A DNA stretch of 64,000 bases, from positions 56,234,001-56,298,000 of the forward strand of contig NC_043008.1 of the NCBI RefSeq assembly GCF_006345805.1, read 5' to 3'. The notes beneath the pieces were generated by a model. It searched no databases. It was not told where the DNA came from and saw only the letters and a list, made by a program, of their open reading frames with translations. The stretch is from Octopus sinensis. Lineage: Eukaryota. The position numbers and the translations under genes are program-made. Every line of letters begins with the position of its first letter. Within the stretch, counting starts at the first letter, position 1. This document shows, piece by piece, positions 50,600 to 62,374 of this stretch.

Positions 50600-51300
50600 T
50601 CGCCCGTGTCCTTAATGTGACAGAACTGTTTACGTTTGGGAGGTGAGGTTTCGTTTGGGTGCTGAGTTGTCCTCACAGTGATTGCACGCAATTTGCTCGA
50701 AAGACTGCAGGGCTGAGCCACGACTGTTGATTCCAAACAGAAACATCGCATGACAATGTTGTTTTCCAACGCTTCCTTGCCAATCCCCACCCCTTTCCAC
50801 GTCATTTCTTTCGTGTAGCTTTCTGTCATGTGGTGCCCGTGGGCGCACCCATAGGTTTAATCTATTTCTTTATTGCCCACAGGAGGCTAAACACAGAGGG
50901 GACAAACAAGGACAGACATAGGTATTCAGTCGATTACATCGACCCCAGTGCCTAACTGGTACTTATTTAATCGACCCCGAAGGGATGAAAGGCAAAGTGG
51001 ACCTCGGCGGAATTTGAACTCAGAACGTAACGGGCAAACGAAATACGGCTACGCATTCCGACCGGCGTGCTAACGATTCTGCCATCACGTAGATGCTGTT
51101 CCTGTGTCAGTTGATTGTTCAGCGTGGTAGCGGCAGCGCCGACAGCCGCAATGGAGAGTATGTCCACTGAGAGGTTTTTGGTGCGTTCAAAAATCACATA
51201 CCCCCACCCAATTTTCCATGACAAGGTCGGGGCCTGGAAACTTCCAAACAGGCGCATGACATGCCACTTAATCGAATTAGTCCTTCATTTACTCCACAAA
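50600..51300 (-). mobile_element. Degenerate RTE-like C-terminal remnants interrupted by SINE copies
   Basis: W.HVMRL-like and Cys/His-containing (CNHC) pieces between SINE-B insertions. Confidence 0.4.
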
Positions 51301-51859
51301 TGTTTTGTGGTCAAGGCTGCACCTTCCTGTGTTACGTTTCAACTTAACTGTATCATATATACAAACTATGTCATTTATATCCCGCGCAACTCCGGGTATG
51401 TCTGCTAGTACACACACACACACATCATCCCAGAAATGAGGTGATCAGACAAATAATATTTTAATAGAAAAGGAAAAGGCTGTTAGAAAACTGATATCTC
51501 GTAATTAAAAACAAAGCGTGCAACATATAAACTCATAACAATTCCCATTAGTAACAAACGAACATACGAAGAAATCCATGGGTTTTTCTGCGCATTCAAT
51601 TTACGTTGAAATATGGAGATAACATTTTTTTTTCAGAATCATTTTCTACTGTCTGATCGTGAATTTGCTTCAATCCACCACTTAAAATGTCCGCTATGTT
51701 ACGGGGACGTAAACACACCAACACCGGTTGTCAAGTGGGAATGGTGGGACAAGCACAGGCATATAATATATACACACACACATATATATATAATATATAT
51801 ACACACACACATATATAAATATGCACACACACCACATATATATATATGCACACACACAT

Positions 51860-51891
<32 letters not shown>

Positions 51892-51901
51892 ATATAATAT
51901 A

Positions 51902-51935
<34 letters not shown>

Positions 51936-52149
51936 ATATTATATATATATAATAATATATATATATATATATTGGAATGTCAATATATTTTGGAAAATGG
52001 TGGCAACTTCAGAGGTGAAAAAAAGTACAAAAAAAAAAAAAAAAAAGATACAGGTGAGACGATGAAAACTTGAACCCGTGACTCGTTGAGTTGCCATCAA
52101 CCCACATCACTTTTTCTTTTCTTTCCATTTTGTGTTTCCATTCCTTTAT

Positions 52150-53900
52150 TGTTTCCTTCTTAAAATAAATGTCTTTTGCTGAATTTAAGAGTTGCTTCGA
52201 TACTGCTGACCTTCGCCTGATCTAGGACCGGACGTTTTGTGACAAAATCACTCCAGTGGATGCTGAGGATGGTGCAAAGACATCGGTGGTGGAATCGTTC
52301 AAGAAGTTGAGATGGCCCACGAATCTGAGCTGTACAAGAGGGTGTTGAGAACAACCGCTGATCTTGGTCTCTTTCTTCAGATGATTATTGTTCCCGACTC
52401 TTGTACTGTCAGCCGAGTGCACTGTTTTGCCTTGGCCAGTCTGTTATCAACTTCCTTGTCGATTTTAGCATCTGATGAAATAGTGTATTCTAGGTAAGAG
52501 ATGTATAGTTGACTATCCTTAGTCCGGTCACCTCGATGGTGTGATGAGAAGTGTGGGTTTTTGCTGTGGACGCTAATTGATGGAGAACTTCTCTGTTTTT
52601 CTTGAAACTGACTTCTAGGCCATAGTGCCAAGCAGCTTCTGCATAGCAAGGGGCGATGCGCTGCAGGGTTGTCTCTGAATGGGCAAAGAAGGGCAGCATC
52701 GTCTGCAAAAAGTAATTCATGGATGGGTTGTTTCAGTGTTTTGGTGTGAGCTTGCAGGTGCCTCGAGCTGAAGAGGCTGCCATCAGTACGACATCAAATG
52801 TAGATATCTTTATCATCAGGCGCTGGAGCATCTTTTGAAGAAGATGGTGAAATGGGGCGGTCCGAAGATAAAGCCTTGCTTCACACCGTTACCAATAACG
52901 AAGAACCGGAAAGGTCTTTGCTGTTCTTGACCCGGTCTCACTGGCTTTTAAAGCAGTTGATAATCATATTGAGGAATTTGGCGGAGACATTCAAAGCGTC
53001 CCCGTATTTGCAGTAGACCTTTTCTGCTTACGATGCCGAGTACTTTGGTGAAGTTAACAAAGGTGATGTAAAATCCTTTCGTTTACTCTGTGTACTTCTC
53101 ATGCAGCTGTCTAAGAAGAAAGACCACGTCAGACAGTGGTGTTCCTGTTTGCTCTGAAGCTGTACAGGGATTATGGGAGATTTTCATTTGCAATGGTGAG
53201 CATTAATCTGTTAAGGGCTATCCTGGCAAGGAGTCTGGCCGCAGTGGAGAGCAAAGTAATTCCCTCGTAGTTGGATCAGTCAGCTTTCTTTCCTTTGTTC
53301 TTAAATAAGATGGTAATGTCAGCATTGCAGAAATCCTGTGTTAACTTGCTAAGCTCCCAAGAGTAGACGAAGAGCTCATGAAGTTTAGAGTGCAGTTCTT
53401 CAGTGTCTCAGGTGGGATTCTGTTTCCCCCTGCCGCCTTTCAACTGTTACTCTATGGCGTTGGTTGTCTCTGCTAGGGAGGAAATTTCGTACAACTGTGA
53501 CTTCGAAACCCTGGCGGTGCTCTGACCACCGCCTTGTCTGTGAAAAGCATCACTGCGTCTGCACTATATCATTGATTCTGGACTTGGTGCGAGGGACTTT
53601 ACCCAGCTTTTAGGGCTTCGTAGAAGCCCCTGTAGTCGCTAGTGTCTGCCCTAAACTGAGTTCCTTTGGTGAGGTTTATCCACCACACATTTTGAAACTC
53701 TCGAAGTTTGCGCCAGAGATTGCCGTAGCTATGGCAGATGGCTACTTTCTTCCCAACGAGAAAATGGGTTTGCAAGATCTCTTCTTTACTTGTAGCTTTT
53801 GAACGTTTGATTATTTTCATCGAACCAGACCGTGTTCATTTTTGTGGAGAAGCCCAATTCTTCAGTGGTTTGCAAGATTGCTATTTTCGGGTGTTCCAAA
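52150..53900 (-). mobile_element. RTE (BovB-like) LINE reverse transcriptase fragment, degenerate
   Basis: Pieces: VFLLRQLHEK, YITFVNFTK, LFAHSETTLQRI...YGLEVS.KK, YL..TISSDAKIDKEVDNRLAKA, FHHRCL..ILSIHWSDFV. A short related piece recurs at ~54410-54520. Confidence 0.85.
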
Positions 53901-55030
53901 GCACCTCAGAAGATTAAACTGTTATTTTTAGTATGTCTTAGCAACCTATTGCTGGTCGTGGTGTAGATTGTCAAGGCAGCAGCGGCGGTGGAGGAAGCGG
54001 TGGTGGTAGTGTTGATACTGGTGATGAAATAGGCACACTGGTAAGGCGGCGAGCTGGCAGAAACTTTAGCACGCCGGGCGAAATGCGTAGCCGTATTTCG
54101 TCTGCTGCTACGTTCTGAGTTCAAATTCCGCCGAGGTCGACTTTGTCTTTCATCCTTTCGGGGTCGATTAAATAAGTACCAGTTACGCACTGGGGTCGAT
54201 ATAATTGACTTAATCCGTTTGTCCTCTCTGTGTTTAGCCCCTTGTGGGTAGTAAAGAAATAGGTATTTCGTCTGCCGAGGTCGACTTTTCCTTTCATCCT
54301 TTCGGGATCGATAAATTAAGCACCAATTGCGTACTGGGGTCGATATAATCGACTGGCCCCCTCCCCAAATATTTCGAGCCTTGTGCTTGGAGTAGAAAAT
54401 AAATAGGCACAACGGTTCAAGGTGGAGGCCTTGTCTGTGAGGCACCATACACAGCTTTTAGGGTTTCGCAGAGACCCTTGTAGTCGCCTGCATCTGAGCT
54501 AAGCTGAGCTCTTTTGGCGACGGAGGAATCATTTGTATGTCCTCTCTCTTCTTTATAAACCTTACACCATCGTTATCAACTCTATACGGGCCTATGCGCT
54601 TTATCAGCAATACATACAGACACACACACATATATAAATTGAGGTGACTAGACGCAATTCAAAACCAAAACAGAAATAATTCACCGTCACTAAACAGTGA
54701 CGAAGTGTTCTGGGAGCACCAGCGTTGCTAGAAATAAGAGTCAAAGAACTCGTTTGTCACAAAAAGCACATTTTCTACGCACACTCATACATGCCTTATA
54801 GTATACATGCAGACACAAAGAAAAACAAAAAGCATTTTTCATCGTCATTTTAAAGAATTTTACTTCATAATATTTTCTTTTCAAAAGGTTTATTAACAAA
54901 AAAAATTATTCTTTAGCTGAAAACATTATCTTTCAATGTCAGAAAATTTGTCTGGATGAACTTGTTTAAATGGATTCACTGTGTAAACACGAAGCAAAAC
55001 AGATTTTACAAATTATGTAAATATGTGCAA

Positions 55031-55071
<41 letters not shown>

Positions 55072-55690
55072 AAAATATATATACTTATATATATTTATAT
55101 ATATATATATACATATATATATAAATACATATATATAGGCGCAGGAGTGGCTGTGTGGTAAGTAGCTTGCTAACCAACCACATAGTTCCGGGTTCAGTCC
55201 CACTGCGTGGCATCTTGGGCAAGTGTCTTCTGCTATAGCCCCGGGCCGACCAATGCCTTGTGAGTGGATTTGGTAGACGGAAACTGAAAGAAGCCTGTCG
55301 TATATATGTATATATATGTATGTGTGTGTGTCTGTGTTTGTCCCCCTAGCATTGCTTGACAACCGATGCTGGGTGTTTTACGTTCCCGTCACTTAGCGGT
55401 TCGGCAAAAGAGACCGATAGAATAAGTACTGGGCTTACAAAGAATAAGTCCCGGGGTCGATTTGCTCGACTAAAGGCGGTGCTCCAGCATGGCCGCAGTC
55501 AAATGACTGAAACAAGTAAAAGAGAAAGAGAGAAAGAGAATATATATCTATATATATATACATATATATAAATACATATATATATATACATATACATATA
55601 TATATTTATATACATACATTTATATATATAAATACATATATATATATATATAACTAAACACACACACTCATATATATATACACATACACA

Positions 55691-55774
55691 CAGTAGTAGT
55701 TCCTCGACTATCGCGGTGTCACGTTCCAAAATATCCTTGCGATAGGTGAACCACGATATGGCGGGTGGTTACTG
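55691..55774. mobile_element. Tigger/pogo-like TIR remnants (another at ~47482-47505)
   Basis: cagtag..cctcgactatcgcgg and gtaatccctcgctatatc motifs. Confidence 0.35.
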
Positions 55775-56038
55775 TATGTATATATATATAATATATATAT
55801 ATATATATGTGTATATATATATAAATATAATATATATATATATTATATATATATATATATACTAAGTCAGTATGTATGAGACAGAGACTTGATGAAATTT
55901 CGAAGTTACACTCGATAAAATCATAATAAAATTTAAGTCTACACAATATTAAGACTGTTATTCAGTCTATGACGCTTGTAGCTTTATGCACATATAGGCA
56001 TTATTTATATATATATATATACATATATTTATATTGTT

Positions 56039-56080
<42 letters not shown>

Positions 56081-56188
56081 ATATATATATAGTGTGTATA
56101 CGTATATATGTATATATGTATACGTATATATGTATATATATATATATGTATACGTATATATGTATACGACGTATATATGTATAATATA

Positions 56189-56219
<31 letters not shown>

Positions 56220-56622
56220 ATATATTATATAATGTATACGTATATATGTTATATATATACGTATATATGTATATATATATATATGTATACGTATATATGT
56301 ATACGTATATATGTATATATATATATATGTATATAACGTATATATGTATACGTATAATGTGTATATATATATGTATACGTATATATGTATACGTATATAT
56401 GTGTATATATATATATATTATATATATATATATATATATGTATACGTATATATGTATATAATATATATGTATATATGTATACGTATATATGTATATATAT
56501 ATATGTATATATATGTGTATATATATATGTGCGTATATATGTATATATTTATATATATATGTGCGTATATATGTATATATATATATATATACATGTACAT
56601 ACATATATGTGCGTATATAAGT

Positions 56623-56654
<32 letters not shown>

Positions 56655-59244
56655 GTGCGTATATATGTATATATATTGCCACCAGCAGTTAAACCGTTAT
56701 TTGTTTTCTAGAAGCGAAAATCTCGCAGGTAACGTCTTTTTGACTTCAGCTAACAAAATAATTGTATTCTATAGCATGCATCCTGTACATTTTCTCTTGT
56801 TCATTACTGTCAACGTATCCACACAGCCATTTATTGTTACTGGAAGGAACTATCATCGATCGACCTCGTAGTTTCTGTACCCTGTACATTTTTGTATGTT
56901 ATCTTTTTTTTACTTCAGATACAATGCTTAACTATAAAATGGAACGAACTTCCTTTGTGCGTATGCTGAGACCGCATTTTTCCTTTCAAAATTTGAACTA
57001 AAATATAGTCCGAGTGAATCACATATACTTTACTGTCTTCTTGTTTTTGTTATCTTAACAAAAACTAGTTGATTTTTTTTTTTTTTTTTTGTTAATCAAC
57101 GTCAACATTTCTCGTCTTTGGTAATGATTAGATTATGATAGAAAAGAAAATAATAAAGGGATACTGAAGCAATGGAAGGATAAAAGCAGAGAATGTACAA
57201 TTTGTGTTAGGAAATTATTCAGTATGAGAAAAATTTAGACGATATACAAGTTCAGTTCGAAATATGGTTGAATTGTATTAAAAGCAAAACACGTGATCAA
57301 ATGAAGAGCAATATAAAAAGAACATTAAAAAAATGGACTACAGACGGAAAGGAATTACATACACACACAAATAAAAAAAAAAGGAAAGGAAAGAGAAAAT
57401 ATTTTGGAAGAAAACGAGATCTATTAAGATCTGATTCGTCAGATATCGTCACCGAGATACGGTTTTCACCCTTTGTTAAATTTGATTAAAACCGTTTTGT
57501 ATGAAATAAGCATGTAAGTTGATATGATGTAATAATCAAAATGGCCACCGAATGCTCCGCTTGGTTTCGTTTGGCTGAAATGAAAAGCAGCGCTTGACTA
57601 ACATTGAAACGAGGCCATGGTGTAGACTTTCGTACATTCCGATCTTCCAACAGTAAATAGTTTTATGTGTTATCGCATTGTGAGTACAACGCTGAATACA
57701 AATAAATGCAGTTCGGTTGTTTTCTTTGTCATTATTAAAAACAACGAGTGTGATTCAGAAATCAGCTTCTTTTCAAATTTAAAATACTGATTCGGTATCC
57801 ATATACAAGCATTGTTTCCAGGCCAAAGCATTAAGTCACATATCGAAATTGGAGGAGAGTAGTCGATCATATTAACCCCACACGCCGTAAAAGACTGGTA
57901 CTTTATTTTATTGAGACCCACCTACCAGAAGAGTCAGAGGCAAAGTTTACGTTGACACGATTCAAACATTGGAATATATATTTCTTTACTACCCACAAGG
58001 GGCTAAACATAGAGGGGACAAGCAAGAACAGACAAATGGATTAAGTCGATTACATCGACCCCAGTGCGTAACTGGTACTTATTTAACCGACCCCCGAAAG
58101 GATGATAGGCAAAGTCGACCTCTGCGGAATTTGAACTCATAACGTAACGACAGACGAAATACCGCTAAGCATTTCGCCCGGCGCGCTAACGTTTCTGCCA
58201 GCTCGCCGCCCGAAGACATCAAAATATGAAGAAAACGTATTAAGCACTGCATGTCCTTTTGTTCGCTTCGCTGCCTTCAGTAATCTTGCCAATCCAGCGA
58301 TCGCCCCTTTAGCAACATTTAAATATCATCAAACGTTTTGTTTCATCCACTGTCTAATTACATTTATCAACCTGGACAACGAAGTCCCAAGTTTATTTTG
58401 GTCGGTATTGAACACATTTCATCTCAATCACTCGGATGATGGCAGAAATTAGGGGTTTCAATAATACAATCTCTATGACGTTAGTTGAGGGCTTACTATG
58501 AAATTCTGTACAACATCACAAGTAGAAATAGTTTATTTCTCTTCATATTACCAACACTCTCTTGTTCCATTATTTTCAGAGAAGAAAATAAAAGATTAAA
58601 AAAAAAATGTCCGACTGTAGTTTCACATATTTCATTTCATATATCAACCTATTACTCGTCCTTATAAGAATTGTTTCTTTTGGCTTAAAGCTGTTTTTTT
58701 TTCTTGTTTTTTTTTTGTTTTTTTTGTTCGATTTGATTTTTTTTTTTTAATTAGAAGAGAGACTAGATTTGACTGAAATAATGGCTCTTCACCATTTCTG
58801 GTTCTGATACTTTAGATGCCAAAAACAAAAGTGTCAAGCCAAACTTTAAGTGGATTTTATTTTGATCGGTGTAGTACTAAATTTTGGATATCACCAAAAA
58901 AATGCTTTTAGTACTAATAATTATTATTTTAAATAATAATAATACGTCGTCGAGAAACTGATGTTTGCAGAAGACATCTCTTTATAGAACATTATAAGAC
59001 ATGCCTTAAAATGGTGAGTACTGCCAGCTACACAGGCTGTCTGTCTGCTGTCAGTTGGGTCTTCGCTTTTTATTGAATGAAAGTCATTTATGAGAGACAA
59101 CAAAAATGGAAACTATTTTATGTAAGAAATCCGGGAAGAAAACTTGATTTCTTTCATATTCTTTGGGTTACCATTTCTTCGTATTTTTTTTTGTTAGTTT
59201 GTTTGTTTGCTTAATTCTCATTGTCCTTTATTGTTTGTGTTTTT

Positions 59245-61292
59245 TTATTTTTTAGTACATTTACGATAAAACAAAAATTTGAACAAGTCTTTGTAAGCGT
59301 CACTAAATCTCTTATTCATTAAGCCGTATATCAATGGATTAAAGCAACTGTTGGCGTAGCCACAAAACAGCGATGCTATATCGGCTTCTCTGGGTACTTC
59401 GTATTTCAAGTATAAACTACACAACATCGTAATGCAAAATGGTAACCAAGATACGAAAAATACAATAATGACCACTAACAATGAAAACGTTATACGGATC
59501 TCTTCGCGTCTCCGTCGCAAATGACGAAGTGGAATCACATTGGAAGAAGACTTTCGCGAAGATTCCGCGGACATTCTCATACGAGGCAATGAAAGTGCCT
59601 TTTTAATGTTATTCTGGCTTTTGACAAATTTTCGAGATTTCGTAACGTTCGACATTTTCACCCGCATCTTGCGACCTTCTGCCGAGTTTCTAATGTGTTT
59701 CATGGGGACCAAAGACGGCGGTTTTCGAGGAGAATTATTTTCTAATGGAACCTTCATGGAAGGCAGAGAAAATATTTTCCTCAGATTGTATCTACTTCCG
59801 TTTAATTGTCTCTTTTTGGTTGTTGTTGTTGGCCTCTCAGTAACCGTTTCATGTCTTTTTGTGTCGACTGGTGGCGAATCTAATTTGTTATCGAATGAAT
59901 TGTTCAAGACCGAACAAGATTTACTCGTTTCACTGTCATTCACTTTTGACCAGCACGTACATTTCTTATCTAAACTACCAGGTCCATCATGTGGGCTGAA
60001 CGACATGTCATTTCTGTTCATTGAACCGTCATCAATCGTCTCCTTGCAGTTCTCACGTTTATCAGTTTCCGACTGCTCTCCACCGTCACAATTGCGTTTC
60101 GTCTCATCCATTTTCTTCGGGTTAGTTGTTTTCTCTGTACAACCAGTTACACTACTCCGGTCGTTAATCAACTCACTTGAGGAATCTGGACTGCTATCAC
60201 CTGGGTTTTCATTACATTCTTCACTATCACCGTCCTCGTTCTCACAGTTTTCCTCATCGTTGTCAGCGAATGAAAACGTAACAGGCTCTTCGACGTCGCC
60301 ATCCGACTGAATCGTTTCACTCTCCTGGCTTGCCGTATCTGATTCAGTGAGACGAGGTTTTTCCTCGTTCACTTCATCATCGCTCTTCACGTTGACCACG
60401 CTTCCATTCTCACAGATACCGTCACTTGCTGTACGATGCCGGCTGGTTTCAGGCGATCGAGCGACCGGGGAGCTTGATGCGGACGACCGAATAACTGGTG
60501 AATGTATATCTGATGATGAATGATTAAATGATGAGTGAGATGCTGGGAATTGAGTTTCAGCTATGTGGTTGATTGATGCTGGAAGGGTGCGTGACTTGGG
60601 TGTTGGTGACTGAACGGTCGGTGATTGGCTGTTTGGCGACTGAGTTTCGGGGGAACTAACGTTCAAAATTGTTTCGCAAGACATATTTCGCTTGGTGAGG
60701 GGAATACCATTGGTAAACTGCGTGGTAATATTTACATTGTCATCGGAATCACTGTAGACAGTGTAATCTTCCTTCACTGGGTGGAGGCTAGGATCTTGGC
60801 ATCTGGGGCATTTATCACTTTCGCTGAATTCAGGGGACCCACAATCGCTGTTTGCGTTGTTTTGCTTTTGCTGAAGAGCTAAGTTTTGTCTCAGAGTCGT
60901 AGCATAATCAGTTAACTTTTTCACACAAAGGGGGTCGACATGTACAAGAGTGCCGTTTCTAAGTCTTTCCGGTTCAGAGGCTGTATCACGCAAAATCGGT
61001 GTAGGCGATTCCACTTTTTGGTTTTCGCTTTCCATATCGACATACGAGGCACTAAGTCTTTGATCTAGGCTCATTAATCGGCGATTGCTGTTTCGAACAG
61101 AGGTGATGATCCGTACGTAACAGAACGACATGACAATACAAGGAACGCAAAAACACATTCCAATCATGAAGAACGTGTATGATGTTGATGTCTTCCATTT
61201 GCAGAAACAAAATGATTGGTTTCCCAGATATCCATACTCACTCCATCCGAAGAGAGGTGGCGCTGCTAGTAAACAGGATACAAGCCAAACAA
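59245..61292 (-). CDS. Class A (rhodopsin-like) orphan GPCR, terminal coding exon (TM4 end to TM7/helix 8) with very long ICL3
   Basis: Minus-strand acceptor tttctctttttttctccctacAG at 61293-61294, phase 1. TM4 W..S.L.A.PPLFGW, ECL2 Cys, TM5 P and CY, TM6 SWLPF, TM7 NSCFNPLIY, helix 8 NKRF. Upstream exons were not found in the window, so the ligand class is unknown. Confidence 0.93.
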
Positions 61293-61429
61293 CTGTAGGG
61301 AGAAAAAAAGAGAAAAATAAATGGTTAGAATCGGTTAGAAACTGATCAAAATGGCTCAAAGAGTAGAAAATTAGAAAGTAATTAGAAATAGTTGGAAAAT
61401 AATCAGAAGCGCTTTATTTAGAAAATGGT

Positions 61430-61660
61430 CACACACATTGCCGGAAATTAACGTAACTTGCCGGAAATTTCCGAAGATTGCGGAGTTTAACGGAGATTGC
61501 CGGAGATAGGCGGAGTGTCGCGGAGATTGGCGGAATAGCATTTTGGTAGATTTCCCAATAATGCTGCGTGTTAAAACACCTGGGAGAGAGTGAGATAGAT
61601 TGAGATTGGCGGAGATTGGTGGAGATTGCTGGAGACAGGCGGAGATAGGCGGTATTTGTG
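61430..61660. repeat. Degenerate 10-11-bp repeat (GGAGATTGGC-like)
   Basis: Many CGGAGAT(T/A)G(G/C)C variants in two blocks. Confidence 0.6.
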
Positions 61661-61662
61661 AG

Positions 61663-61694
<32 letters not shown>

Positions 61695-61714
61695 AAATTT
61701 ACAGAAAAACAAAG

Positions 61715-61860
61715 AACGAAGACAGGTTTATAAACAAGAAGCAGGTGTATTAGTTTGACACTCGGGAAGGTGAGAAAGTCTTTTACATTTTGAGCCTAAG
61801 CTCTTCAACAGAAAGGAACACGAGGAAATAAACAGTGAGCGAATAAAATAACTTCTGTCA
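61715..61860 (-). mobile_element. Penelope-terminal-repeat-like unit with decayed hammerhead (same family as 30320-30510)
   Basis: Minus strand: ccttt-CTGTTGAA-gagc(ttag)gctc-AAAA-TG-TA-aaaga. Confidence 0.5.
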
Positions 61861-62060
61861 ATCAAGGCCACTCTGAAAACAGCGGAAAGGACGTGTGGAA
61901 AGGTAATTCTTTAAGCAGTAGTGAAGTTGGGGGAGAAAAGATTTGTAATCGGATATGATTGAAAAAGGAGAAAAAAGAGGGGGAGAGAATAGCAAAATAA
62001 TGACGTACGGAGTATGAAAGTTCAAAAAATTCAAAAGGCGTGAGAAGAAAATATATATAC

Positions 62061-62351
62061 TAGTGCTTCTCAACCATTTTTTTTCAATCTATGGACCCCA
62101 ATAGCCATTCGATGAATAAAAACCTAGTTTATAGAATCTTCTTTCCAAATTTCTGTTTTGTTTATTACAAATTAACTTGCGTAAGCTGAACTACGTAGAA
62201 TGTCAGAGACAGAAACCCATCTGTTACCTACAATAAATACATATAAAACAAAATTTTTCAGGGGCCCTTATACTACTGTGGATCTCCAGTTTACTATTTT
62301 GCTTGTATGGTTCCCAAGAGATCTTAAATGGATCTCGGCTGAGAATCACTG
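62061..62351. mobile_element. hAT-like MITE remnant
   Basis: Imperfect TIRs tagtgcttctcaacc / ggctgagaatcactg. No matching 8-bp TSD. Confidence 0.5.
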
Positions 62352-62374
62352 CATTAGATAATTCTTTCTACTAA

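Noticed and set aside
59540-60310. 256-aa plus-strand ORF
   Set aside because: Antisense shadow of the GPCR exon; no independent motifs.
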